NCBI GenBank assembly: GCA_048128005.1 | Contig: JBEUKZ010000136.1 | Span: 1-43,111 of the forward strand | Origin: Veleropilina oligotropha | Lineage: Eukaryota | Direction of reading: 5' to 3' | DNA: 43,111 nt | In this document: positions 1 to 11,543 of the stretch, in pieces | How the letters are laid out: each line of letters begins with the position of its first letter | Position numbering within the stretch: the stretch's first letter is position 1 | The notes under the pieces: model-generated | Database searches by the model: none | What the model saw: the letters and a program-made list of their open reading frames with translations, nothing else | What the model was told of the DNA's origin: nothing | Translations under genes and position numbers: made by a program

Positions 1-910
1 AAATGGTTAACACACATATGCCATCACGCAATGATATATTCTAACTATTTGAATGCTAAATTTATTCAAGATATTTATAGTCAAAAGCGAATCCATATGA
101 ATCGCGAGCAGCACCGACATAATAGTATATTACCTAACCTATCGCATACCTATATTACATATAGCTTGATGCAAACTACATACACGGACATGCTGTTGGT
201 CTAGTTTATCGGCAGCATTTGTATATTGAGGCTGGCGCATATGTACATCGAAATGCATGCATCGACAGAAGCCAAATAATGAATGACACAGTTTCAATTC
301 ACATTCCGGGCTTTTTTGCACTTGGTAATGTGAAAATGTTGTGATATTTCCACCAAATTACAACCCGTTACTTTCATCAGAATTTACATCTTGAACATAA
401 ACTTCTTGGGTAATTTTTTTTGATGTAAAGATGCATATATTTGACTGCAAAAATTAAACATCACACGCATTCTGTAGTTATACCTGTTCGAACACATGTG
501 TGCCAAAATTTCAAAAGAGTATAGTCATACCAATGAACAGTAATTTGATTACAATGACACAAAATTGACGCCATGAGCTAATGGTTTGCCAATTAATGCA
601 TAATCGGTATATTTACAAGGAGATGAATATGAAAATTAATCTCCAGGCTATTATAAACTTCAAACGGTAAAATGTAAGTGTGTATAGTAAAACATTCAAT
701 TTTAATTTGTTTTGGTGATTCTTTAAATCTTCCTATCATTTAGCGAAGAATCAGTCATATCTACACGGCGTCGCTTAGTGACGTTTAACAATTAAATTAC
801 ATGTTAATTACAGTGTGTACAATATTTTGAGACTTTGATGATGTCTATGTGGAATTTTTCGTATTGCGATAATGGCAACCATTTGGTACACAACTGTATC
901 AAATGCCGCG

Positions 911-1213
911 TTAAAAATTTACCGGATGGTGCGTAAGTGTACTTGTGCGTACACCATCGTCATCGTTGTCGTATAGATGGTTGTTTTTGAAACTATCGTA
1001 CGACAGGTTGTGGTTGAGATCACCTGCCATGTGTGGAGGCAGATTCGTTGGGGTGTGGTAGATGAAGCTCCCGGCCACGATCGACGGTTCGTGCGGTTCT
1101 CGCCGATCACGGTGTTCTCGTGGAATGAAGAGAGCGGGGTCCCCTGTACTTGATCTGCTGTCGAAGGTTGGTGGATATTCCCCGAAGCATCGGGCTCGCC
1201 TCTGCTGATTTGC
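911..1213 (-). CDS. Terminal coding exon (cytoplasmic tail) of a CBM14-TM membrane protein gene
   Basis: Minus-strand acceptor ttttacttctgtccacag|GCA at 1213, phase 0; an alternative in-frame acceptor gttgctacag|AAT lies at 1237. The GC-richer open frame ANQQRRARCFGEYPP...NHLYDNDDDGVRTSTLTHHPVNF runs to TAA at 913-911. The phase matches the donor at 4279. Confidence 0.7.
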   Translation of the reverse strand, partial: ANQQRRARCFGEYPPTFDSRSSTGDPALFIPREHRDRREPHEPSIVAGSFIYHTPTNLPPHMAGDLNHNLSYDSFKNNHLYDNDDDGVRTSTLTHHPVNF

Positions 1214-1616
1214 CTGTGGACAGAAGTAAAATCCATTCTGTAGCAACCCACAGAATGGAAAAAATGATTAAACGATATTGGGCTTTGTGTTATTTTACAA
1301 GTACCTTGACTGAGAATCGTTAGTATTGTGACAGAATGTGCGTAAATATACGTAAAATATGTATCGGCACGCAATGGTAGACGATCGCTGGCTCGGTACA
1401 TTGCAAACCGCAGGACGTTGAACCCCATGGTGATGCCGCGCGATTCAGAGTCATGATGTATATAATGTACCTTTCGGTCAAGAAATTGCTGGACAACGAG
1501 TCTACTTTGTGGTTATTATTAGGCATAAACTAAGTGAATAGTAGTATTATATGAGAAAAGCATTCATAATGTCAATTGCTGGTTACAGCAATCTGCGCAA
1601 TATTTGTGATGTTACA

Positions 1617-1840
1617 GGCCGCTCCGACTATCGTGTGGTTTTCGGTTGCAGAATCCAAACTTCACTGGCTTCATTCCAATGACACGAACAGTAATGGGTT
1701 CGAATCTCGGTTGGGACATGACATTATTTGTTTAGTTATGATAACAGTTGTCCGCAACTGGTCGGTCCTGACTGATATGTCCTGCTTTGAACCTGATGGT
1801 TGTAAATATACAGGACATTAAGCATAGATCCTTTCCTTTC
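1617..1840 (+). mobile_element. tRNA-derived SINE (family of the 23667-23925 copy), internally deleted
   Basis: GGCCGCTCCG head, B-box GGTTCGAATC, body gttatgataacagttgtccgcaactgg, and tail tatacaggacattaagcatagatcctttcc, all shared with the other copies. Confidence 0.8.
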
Positions 1841-3384
1841 CCTTTTTGTGATGAATAATGAATCAAACATATTACAGGGATATCGATACGACGATTTGAC
1901 ATATGCACCATTAACACCGCTTCTAAAACTATATTCACAGTTAGTAATTTTGATATGTCCTCGGTTGATATTGCATTTCCAGGGGGCGATAACATCGTAT
2001 ATTGACCCCGATAAGGGTGAAATAATATAATATGTTAACATTTCTTTTAAATTTAAAGTTAATTTGCATTTTAAGTTATAAAGGGACCTTTTCGTCTTCA
2101 TTTAGTATTTTAATTTTTTTAACCATGGGGTGAAAGAGTAATAGTTACCAAACAGTCGCGTATTTTATATAATAATTTGCTATTTTCATGCGGATGACTG
2201 TCACTGCCAGATAGAGCTCTAACTCGATGCAGGTGTGCTTTTTCATGCTGAAATAATAATTTTGAAACATTTAACGTACCGGGGAAAACAAGATGATTTT
2301 CAGAGGTTCAGATATGACAAAAATTGTTATATCATAATGTCGACAAAAATGCATCGCGGTTTGCTTGCTCTGTGCAACTAGAAAAGCGCGAATGTAGGCG
2401 GCATGATCGCTGCACGCATGTTATTTTGTGTGTGTATCTATGTTTAGTGCTTTATTTGAGCTGGTGTGACATTTGTTGTTGAAATCGGTGACTAAAATAA
2501 CCGGTAATGTAATTTAATGTCAACACCTGAATTTTTGTGGAGATTTTTCATCCAATGAAGGATACCTATTACGAGTGAATTGTTTACCACAATTGTATAC
2601 TATAGACCCGCCCGGGGGATGAGTCGCATATACAGCATAGTATCATAGAAACACACATAATACACCGCCTTCCGTTTGCACGTCCTTAACAAATATTGAC
2701 CGAATATCGCCAGAATATACCATATTTGACATACTATTTAACTATATTTAACTATATTAAAATTCTTGACATAGAGACATACATACCTCATATGGCAAAC
2801 AGACATGCATACCACCATATATCATCACGTTGAAGTAGACACTACTAACAATGCACAGTACGCAAATTAAACGACCTAAACGACATTCACAATAATGAAA
2901 AAACACATATCATATATAAAACAATCGGATCCAATGTGTGTTTAAGGCATATTATTTGACGTCATTAGCATCCATGAAAGTTGCTTTGAGCGCATCAATC
3001 TCGCTGATAACCGAATTAAAACAATGTTCAGCGTTATCAGTTATGGGGACTTTCTTAATTGTTTTATTGAAAATCTGTATATATTTATACTGAGCAATAT
3101 TATAATTTAGTAAACTATCGATTTTTTTTAATTCTAAAGCAAATCTAAATATGTCATATAATCACGAAAACATGCAAAGTTTGTGTCAGACCGCGCCACT
3201 CTCATTTTGATCGAATTTCTTTAAATTATCACCAGTAATCGTGTTATTGTTGGGAAGTAACCCGATCTGCATATCATAATTACATCCTGGCTAAAGAAAC
3301 CGTTGCCTCAATATTACGGTAAATAACGTTTTTGCCCAAAATTCTTGACATAGAGACATACATATGGCAGTGATTCACAGAAGC

Positions 3385-3548
3385 GAGTTTAATCTTAGGC
3401 TGGACATTTTGCGCAGCTAACAGTCTCAGTTGTTCAGTGCGGGTGGGTTTTTCCGCACGATCGGTCTTTCCTCCAGAGATAAAATGGATGTCCTAGTATG
3501 ACCCCGAATGGTGTTAGAATGGGACAGGGAGCATCAAATCTTCCTTCT
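3385..3548 (+). mobile_element. Degenerate SINE related to the same family
   Basis: cagttgttcagtgcgggtgggtttttccgcacgatcggtctttcctcc followed by atgtcctagtatgaccccgaatggtgt...gcatcaaatccttcctt. Confidence 0.55.
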
Positions 3549-4278
3549 AAGCCAATTCGGTCATTTAAACTACTATTCCACATCACTCTGGGAACCCCTT
3601 CCCATATCTCGCGATAACATCCAGAGGACTTAAATATATGATTGAAATGACCAAGTGAAACAACTTCAACGGGAGTACAAACTAAAATACTACTGTTAAT
3701 TTGTTGAAATGCGGGTGTAAAAACTATTCAAATCAAATAAAAGCACCAAAGATATCGGTCTGTTGAAGTAGTCGGCTAATGGGTTCAGAAAGTCTCATTC
3801 AAATGATTTTATTTGCGGTCAGTTGCAGGCGATCTCCCAGTAGAAGTTAAATATTGCTTGTCCTACTTATAAATCCTGAGATTTAGCTGGCACATAAAGT
3901 TAAGAACTGACCTAATTTGGCCAAAAATATAGGAAGTACCGACCATATAGAAAGTAACATTGCAAACGGGACCAGTTTTTTGTTACAGTTGAATTACAGA
4001 AACTCAAGAATTACTTCCCCTGATTTGATTTATATATATATATATATATATGCTCGCAGACGCTGTCACAATTTATTATCCCTGGTTTTATCGGTCTGTT
4101 CTGATCATGGATCCATCTCTGCTTTCTTTGAGAGTGTTACTAGTCAAGCAGCCACTAGCGAGCGCCACGACTAATTATTAACACGCCAACCAATTAAAAC
4201 GCATTTATAAGTAATATATGTTTAAAACACAATTGGGTTTTTTCAATCAATTGAGCTGGCAATAAAAACAATACTTAC

Positions 4279-4396
4279 ATCTTCGTTGAACTTCTCGTAA
4301 ATCGTGGCCAGTTTTCCATGGTGGTAATCACGACTGTCTGAATGCGGAAACAAACGTCGAGATCGTATATTAGATCTTTTGTAACGAAGTCGTCGA
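4279..4396 (-). CDS. Internal exon, juxtamembrane cytoplasmic segment (S)RRLRYKRS...ATIYEKFNED
   Basis: Acceptor ctctttttgcattgtag|T at 4396 (phase 2) and donor GAT|gtaagt at 4279 (phase 0); 118 bp. Phases fit both neighbouring exons. Confidence 0.8.
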
Positions 4397-4899
4397 CTAC
4401 AATGCAAAAAGAGTAGTAGATATAACATGGTCAATGCCGCATATCAATATAGAGGATAATTCATCAAAAAAGTTTATCATCATTCTTATTTCAAAAACTA
4501 CGGGATGAATAGTTAATATCAAAAGTATTATTGTCTTTACTTTTTTATTTGAATTTTATTGTATTGTTATTGTTCTCTGGTAGAAAAATATACTGAACCT
4601 GTTATATAAAAATATAAATTTCCTGTATTGATGTATTTTGTACGAATTCACTGTCGATGCTTTGGTATGAATTGATTACATTTACGACGTCATCTTATCA
4701 CTTTCTCAGTCGTATTTTATTCGGGACCCCAGTTTAAAATCTCTTTCAGATCAGACGGGTTTCTCTCAAAGATCCCAGTAAGTTATATTGACGAGGCACA
4801 AAATATCTGAATTTATGTGATCTACAAAACGGTGCAAGGGTTAAAATAACCATCAATTTACATAACTTACAGGGTGTCCCCATAAAAGGTTAACATTTC

Positions 4900-5512
4900 A
4901 TTTTTGACCCGCCTAACAGGCGTCGGCGTCCGCTGATCGCTTTCTGTCACATAGAAGACGAACCGCTGGACCTATGCTTCATATTTGGTATACACCTTGT
5001 ATACCATCAGGCCTTGCATAAATTCAAAGACGGGGTTACTGGGTTAAGGTCATATGAACTATTGCAAAATATATACTTTCTGACAGTTACTATGAAATTT
5101 ATTATAGAGTAATTGATTATGTGCAGCCGTGGTACAGTGGTAGACGCACTGGCCTCTCGTCGAGAGGTTTGGGGTTCAATCACCGATCAAGGCGAATTTC
5201 CTTGGCAAGGAATTAAGCATATATGTGCCTCGGTTCACCCAGCCGACTTAATTGGGTACCTGGTTGGCGTGTTAATTAGTCGTAGCGCTTACAATTGGCA
5301 GTTTGACTGTAATACTCTCAAAGAGAGCGGAGATGGATCTTGATCAGAACAGGCCAATAAAAAAAGAAATAAAAAAAAGCCAGGGATAATAATGTCTGCG
5401 CTTAGAGCATGTTATTACGTGGATTACGGCGCATTATAAATGGACTATTATATTATTTTATCGATGTATTATATACAAAAGGCAGGCCAGTAAGAGGAGC
5501 ACACCTCTAGTT
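4900..5512 (+). mobile_element. Non-autonomous Helentron-type (HINE/DINE-like) element with a nested SINE
   Basis: 5' ttttgacccgcct followed by cgtcggcgtccg, a core with ttcatatttggtatacac, and a 3' aggcaggcca plus stem-loop agagg-agcaca-cctct then agtt. Confidence 0.55.
5122..5457 (+). mobile_element. CORE-type tRNA SINE with an L2-like tail
   Basis: A-box TGGTACAGTGGTAG, B-box GGTTCAATCA, CORE-like tttccttggcaagg...gcctcggttcacccagc...ttgggtacctg, and tail gcgcttagagc...gcgcattataaat...tattatt. Confidence 0.75.
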
Positions 5513-6874
5513 TAATTACTTTTGATGTATTTTACTGAACTCAAATTGTGTTCTTGACATGTGGGTGTTTCTTTCCTGAACGGTTCATCATACTAGCGGA
5601 AAGAGTGACCCCCTGGTCGAAGATCTTGCCAGACGTTAGGGGCGTGGCCTTACATTCAAGCTTGCCTGTGAAGTCTGGGGGTGATAATTGCTCTAACAAC
5701 TAAAAACACACTTCGTAATTAGGTTTCTGTTGTTTTAACCATGTGTCAGCCAATCATGTAGATGTGGTCTGATAACGAAAATAGGATTTCAATAAGACGT
5801 CTTCCAAAAATCTAGCTTTATTTAATTTCACAGCAACAATAATTTGTTTCGAAATTTTTTAACCAACGCATCTGGCTGGAGTTAAATTAACATGAAGATA
5901 AACAAATTGGTGATCGCTAAATAGCCTTTTTTCAAACAGCGTTGCTAGTGCACCTCCTCGAAGATGCCAGTGATAGCAAAGAATATTGATTGTGTCCACG
6001 AACGGCAAACTGAGGCATAGTTTTGGACGGGCCATAATAATATTAAGACTAAACAGTGGAGAACGCCATCGCCAAATGTTGAGAGGAATGAAAGGTATTT
6101 TAGCACCATTCACATGTTAATCAGCTTAGCATTATATACGGATATATTTCGTGTATTTTCGTGTGCAATGACTCTCTGATATAAGCCAAATTTAACCAGT
6201 TCACTCTGTAATATCCGCATCCGCGCATAATATTATGACATTTTACTGTTTTATTGTTTTACTAATGTTTGCATTTCTTTCCTGGACAAACAATGCTAAC
6301 TTCTTTTTTTTTAAACTACTGTTGGAAATTCTCGTTTACTTGGTTTGTACCATGTAATGGTAATATTATTGTTTGTTAATTTATAAAGGATTACATTTAT
6401 AGCCCACCTTCTGTAGATGGGACCACCAAAATAAACATAAAAAGTACAATTTTTAGCAACATTCACTGGCTATATACCATGTCATTAGACATGCTTAACA
6501 CTTTATAAGCGCACTGAGAGAGTCACAACATCAAGAAAGATAATATTTTGTGTTTTAACGCGTTTCCCTTACGAAGGTCGTCATCTGACATGTTATCTTC
6601 AGTGGATTCACATAGTTGATATAAAAGATCATCACTTTCGCTAATTGGATAAACCTAGAGAGGTCACCGGTGAATATCAATTTCAGCTTGCTAACTAACC
6701 TAAATTTTATGGAACTTGGGTTTGTTTCCGCAGATATTCGCATATTTTTGTTGCAGGAATTAAAATAACATTCATGTTTTTTTTATACAGATAGTATACA
6801 TAGTATGTCCTTGGTATCAGTAACAAATAATGGTCAAATTCAAAGTAGGAACCATAAAAGCAGTTTCTCCCTTT

Positions 6875-7534
6875 TGGCATCCAAGGCAACGAAAAAGCTT
6901 TAAAGCAGCTAAATCAGCTTTCATTTAAACCGGCATATAAATTGCAAAATTCAACACTCTGATTTAAATTACACTACAAAAAATACATTCAAGCTACACG
7001 GCAACGTTATTGAGGTGAATGTATGGGGAATAAACTGCAGAATGTCTAATGTCTTCTGGGGCGAATGGGGCCCCTCGCACTGACTCATTAGTCGCGAAGA
7101 CATCGTCTTGGTCATACTGAAAATTGGGCATTCCCATTGCGCTCACTCCTACTTGCGTAAAGGGAGCCACCGCCAGAGAATATTTCTTGTGCTAATACCA
7201 TAATAGTCGAACACATATTACTGGACTGCGTTCATTTAGACCAATACGTCAAAAATATTTAGGATAATTTATCTTCAAGAGACATTTAGTAATTTTAAAA
7301 TAAAAAAGTCTTTTTGCGTTTTTTAAACATTTTACCCTTTTACTTTAAAAGTCTGCTGGTTGAAAATGTTTGAACAAATTAATATTTATATTGATCTAAC
7401 TTTAAGTCTCGTATTTACAAAGTAAATACTGTTTCTACTATTATATCTAGTAATTCTAGCCTTTTCAAGTGATCGACCTGCTTATGACTGAAATATTGTC
7501 GTCGTCGTGGTCATTAAACATCATATCAATCAAT
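6875..7534 (+). mobile_element. 3' fragment of an RNase H-containing LINE (I/Nimb group), degenerate
   Basis: Frameshifted peptides GIQGNEKA.KAAKSA (RNase H end) and LKIGHSHCAHSYL..EPPPENISCANTIIVEHILLDCVHL (C-terminal Cys/His knuckle). The 3' tail is gtggtcattaaacatcatatcaatcaat. Confidence 0.75.
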
Positions 7535-8139
7535 GAAACCTTTTTGGCATTCCCCTGACAGTCGTCTCACACTAATGGTCTCTGGAAACCACGAACCAAT
7601 CAGACCCTGCTTATAGATACGAGCTCATAGGGCAATTGAGTTTGAAAATTCCACTAGGGTATTGCATTTGACTTGAAATTTGGAAACAACGACGGATATA
7701 CTAGTATTTAAATGGCTCTTTCCCCATTGAGTACGAGTAAGAACCTCAACTTACGGGCTATTCATTTATTTACTATCATCAAAGTGAATTATTTGTAATA
7801 AATGTTATTTGCATAGTTTATGCATAGAACGTCAAGAAAATTTTGCAAATATAACCTGTCGACACTTCATGACATTTATTAAACACGACTACGTTATGCT
7901 GACACTATCAACATGTTGACATCGATGAACACGATTGTTCAAGTTTACCAAGGAATCGATGTTTGCTTTTCCACGCATTGAGATATTCCGTATTTTTTGT
8001 TTGATCGACCCTTACACAAATTGCATAACACCGAGGTGAACATTACTTTCAGGGGTGGATTAATACTAGCATTAAAATTAGTTTATACTTCTTAAATGAC
8101 TTTAGCACATATATTTCTGAATAAGCAGGGGGAGGGGGT

Positions 8140-8319
8140 GTCGGCTGATTTCGCTGCTGGTCTGTCTAACTGAAGTTCCTGGGTTCAAACCTCGGGAGTG
8201 CTGTGGATTTTTTCCATGGCCATAATCTCCATTGCATTCAGCTCCAATTCATCTCATCATTCATAGTTGATTGACTGAATACTGTTTGCGTGGTCGTTAA
8301 ACATCTATTCATCCATCCT
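8140..8319 (+). mobile_element. Short SINE with a Nimb-LINE-like 3' tail
   Basis: B-box GGTTCAAACC near 8182. It ends tgactgaatactgtttgcgtggtcgttaaacatctattcatccatcc, resembling the LINE tails at 7485-7534 and 20630-20693. Confidence 0.55.
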
Positions 8320-8349
8320 TAGATTTTGGTTATGATATATGCTTAATAC

Positions 8350-8650
8350 CCCATTTTAACACCCTTCAGCATACCAAGAGATATCAATATTTCCGCGGGA
8401 TGAAAGCTGGTCGCCGGTGGAACCCACCAATTATGGACAAACGTGGCTGTTAGTTAATTGAGAAAAATTTCCAACCGAGAATTGTCCAACTTCTGTGAAT
8501 CGGTTGGGCAATTTGTTCATTTAACTAACAGTCCCAGTTGTCAATAACTGACCAATGCTCGCGGGCATCCCCCGGCTTTTCTCTCGCGATAACAGGGACA
8601 TGTCCTAATATAACCTCGAAGGGTGTTAAAATTGAATATCGATCCTCAAT
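8350..8650. repeat. Head-to-head inverted pair of 5'-truncated SINE copies
   Basis: attttaacacccttc at ~8353 pairs with gaagggtgttaaaat at ~8618; ctgttagttaa pairs with ttaactaacag; ccaaccga pairs with tcggttgg. The spacer is about 20 bp. Confidence 0.7.
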
Positions 8651-8719
8651 CCAAAACCAATCACTTCACACTATACTAGCGCGGATAAGAACGTACCATC
8701 CAATTCAATAGCATGACTA

Positions 8720-9150
8720 GGGCCATTCATGTAGCCGTTTCCAGTACCGACTCTGAATTCACTGGTTTGACTGCTCTGACAAGAGCGCGTACAAGCATCA
8801 GTTGGGGGAAATGCCATTCATTGTTCAGTTACCAGTCACAGTAACTGTTGTCCATAACTGATCGGAGAAGGTGGGTTATCCCGTGCGACCGGATTCTTCG
8901 CCCACAATGATGTGCACATGAATATAACTGGTTGTTAAGAATCAGTACAAGAATCATCGATCCAGACCAAAGTCGCCCGACTGCTCTTCCTCCCAGGTGT
9001 GGTTTCGAATCCTCGGCTAGGCACCCTGTGGAGTAAACAGGCTCAGTTGGCCACATCTGGACGGTACGAGCAGGATTCCCGGATGACCGGGCTTACCTCT
9101 CACGACAATAATTATGAACTTGTCACGACGTAACATAAATGTATTTAAAA
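8720..9150 (+). mobile_element. Two tandem degenerate SINE copies
   Basis: First copy: ttcactggtttgact..., gttgtccataactgatcggagaaggtgggttatcccgtgcgaccgg. Second copy: B-box ggtttcgaatcc near 9001 and ttcccggatgaccgggcttacctc. Confidence 0.6.
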
Positions 9151-9304
9151 TGAATCCAAATCGACCCAAACGAAACTTTGTAGGCCTACTTGTTACACCC
9201 AGTGCAAGTATAACTGTTTCTAGAAAAATGTACAAAGTGATATGAAATATCCACATATATTTAGAAAGAAAATTACTGTTTAAAGATCATTTATTACCAC
9301 TTAC

Positions 9305-9423
9305 CTGTATTTTTCCATTCGCCATTTCCGAATGCATGCAAATACTAATATAAAAAATGTAATAACCCCGAAAGCCCCAAGCGTTCCACCAATCACAAAT
9401 TCGGTTGGGAAAATGTGGGCGTG
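9305..9423 (-). CDS. Transmembrane exon HAHIFPTEFVIGGTLGAFGVITFFILVFACIRKWRMEKY(S)
   Basis: Acceptor ttttatcttatttcag|CAC at 9423 (phase 0) and donor AG|gtaagt at 9305 (phase 2); 119 bp. It encodes a ~22-residue hydrophobic stretch followed by the basic stop-transfer RKWR. This frame is absent from the ORF track. Confidence 0.85.
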
Positions 9424-9894
9424 CTGAAATAAGATAAAATATCTTAGTTAAGATCACAACACAGTTGTATATTGTGGACATGGCTGATTTAGAATGAATT
9501 TTATCTAGAACAGCCGTTAAAATAAGGATATTGTCATCAATAACTTTATGAGAATCTAAGTTTTCACAAATGGCATCATAATTTTATTTTAAATATATTG
9601 TCTTGAACTATATAGATAAATAAGCATATCTTGATTGATGCATGAGTAATGACATCAACAGCCAGATATCAACAACATCTGATCGCAAAACAAATTTAAC
9701 ACCCTTCAAATCTGAATACACCAAAATATTCTAGTAATTCGAAATGGCCGATTTCCATAGGGTTGGTATCACATTTGCACATATTTTGACAGTAAACATG
9801 TTTTTGTCTATATTTTTATATTTTCTTGAAAATACTTCCAGAGACTATTTCAAATATTTTGAAATTTGAAACAAACCCCAATATGTCACGAAAC

Positions 9895-10082
9895 ATGTCT
9901 ATTATATATATAAAGGTGTGCGCCACACCCTGTTGCTATAAAATAGACAAACGCGATGCTTGTCGTTTATTGCAAAAAGTGCTGTCACATGTCTATTATA
10001 TATATAAAGGTGTGCGCCACAATCTGTTGCTATAAAATAGACAAACGCGATGCTTGTCGTTTATTGCAAAAAGTGCTGTCAC
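9895..10082. repeat. Near-perfect 94-bp tandem duplication abutting the splice donor
   Basis: atgtctattatatatataaaggtgtgcgccac...aagtgctgtcac occurs at 9895-9988 and again at 9989-10082. Confidence 0.95.
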
Positions 10083-10086
10083 TTAC

Positions 10087-10349
10087 GGGATACATTATGC
10101 TCTGTCCGAAGACAGTGTTTGGGCAAAATACTGGGCTCGGACATTGAAACGTGTTCCACTCTGCACAGTATCCTTTGTCATCATCGAATCCCGAGCCATC
10201 TGGACAAAGTCGTTTAATAAGATATTGTCCATCGTCTCCACATTCATAATACTCTCTACATGTGATGGCGTCACGGAACCGTTCACCAGCTGGACAGGGC
10301 AATGTCAGCTTCCGGCACATGTCTGCAATAGATAAGCATGTCTTAAGAA
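10087..10349 (-). CDS. Exon encoding a chitin-binding type-2 (CBM14/peritrophin-A) domain
   Basis: Cys spacing C-x11-C-x5-C-x11-C-x12-C-x7-C (CPAGERFRDAITCREYYECGDDGQYLIKRLCPDGSGFDDDKGYCAEWNTFQC) with YY.C and CP.G..FD hallmarks. Phase-1 acceptors lie at 10349 (gctttttccag) and 10322 (tatctattgcag); the donor is CCC|gtaagt at 10087, phase 0. Confidence 0.9.
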
Positions 10350-10767
10350 CTGGAAAAAGCACATTTATTACGACGTTTGATGCATGTTTGTATGTCATTT
10401 TGCGAGAACATTGATTGTGTATAAGTGCGTTCTTACGTTATAGAAATTAGTAAATTATGAAATCTTCGGTATGTTAACTTTGCTATATACAATCAAAATA
10501 CATTATTCAAATGGCAAATTTCTCAGGGTGACTAAGCCGTTGATATATAGCGTACCCGTATTATACCCAGTATCTACAATTAATGAGACAAAAGCGCTAG
10601 GCATGATACCAGTGTGCTATTGATTGATTTAAATTTTCAACACTACTACTGAAAGCGAAAATAAGAGAAAATTGTTTCTTTTTGTGTATGACTGGAAATG
10701 CATAATTCCATTACATTTTAATGGGAAATTTTAACATGGAAAAAATAATCATAAAATGACAAAATGT

Positions 10768-11543
10768 TTAGTATTTGGTGTATCCACCATGAACACGGGT
10801 GACTGCCATATTGCGGACTGGAGGTTCTCTGTCACGTACTCGGCGACCAAGAATGTCACATAAGTGTTCAATTGGATTGATGTCAGGGCTTCTTGCCGGT
10901 CAGGGAATGGTGGTGATAGAATTTCGCTGCATAAAATCCACTACAACGCGTGCTCGATGGGGTCTAGCATTGTCTTCCATTAATACTGGCCTCGTTGTCA
11001 GCGCATGGTTGTCAAAATGAGGGACGACCACGTTTTCCTGGATGATCCTCGTGTCCTGCCACCCGTCACGTGCAGAAGAAAGCGGCTTTCGTTCGACCAA
11101 TGAACCTTCCTCCAAGACGCAAGATTCCATTGGTGGCGTGCCTGGCACCAAGCCAAACTTGCTGCTTGCTGTGTTCGTGTTATTCGGGGATGTTTGATAT
11201 ACTTCCTGGCTCGGTAGCCAGAAGCCTTCAAACGATTTATGATGGTCCCAGTGGACATGACCCTATTGTGAATCCAGTTATCTCTCAAGACATTGCTGTT
11301 GGCGTATGGGAAGGGCCGTACAAGTCTAACCAAAGCCCTATTTTCACGTGGACAAGTCTTGCAAGGTTGTCGTGGGCGGTTCCTGTCCTTCACATCATTA
11401 GTCTGTTGGTGTTTTAGCACCAGTCTACTAATCACAGTATGGTTCCGACCCAATTTTCTCCCAATTTCCCTGCATGACAATCCAGCATTATTCATTCCAA
11501 TAATCTTCCACCTAGTGGCGATGGGTAATTTTCTACGAACCAT
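10768..11543 (-). pseudogene. Tc1-like transposase relic (HTH plus partial DDE domain)
   Basis: MVRRKL..GLSCREIGRKLGRNHTVISR (HTH), WRKVHWSNESRF, then after a deletion/frameshift MEDNARPHRAR, *PARSPDINPIEHL and GGYTKY*. TIRs not confidently located. Confidence 0.9.

Noticed and set aside
919..1428. 169-aa minus-strand ORF as a standalone gene
   Set aside because: It overlaps the terminal exon in another frame. The phase-0 junction selects the frame ending at 911, and the upstream part looks intronic.
2761..3368. ~25-bp direct repeat aattcttgacatagagacatacata at ~2761 and ~3340
   Set aside because: Too long for a usual TSD, and no element structure is recognisable between the copies.
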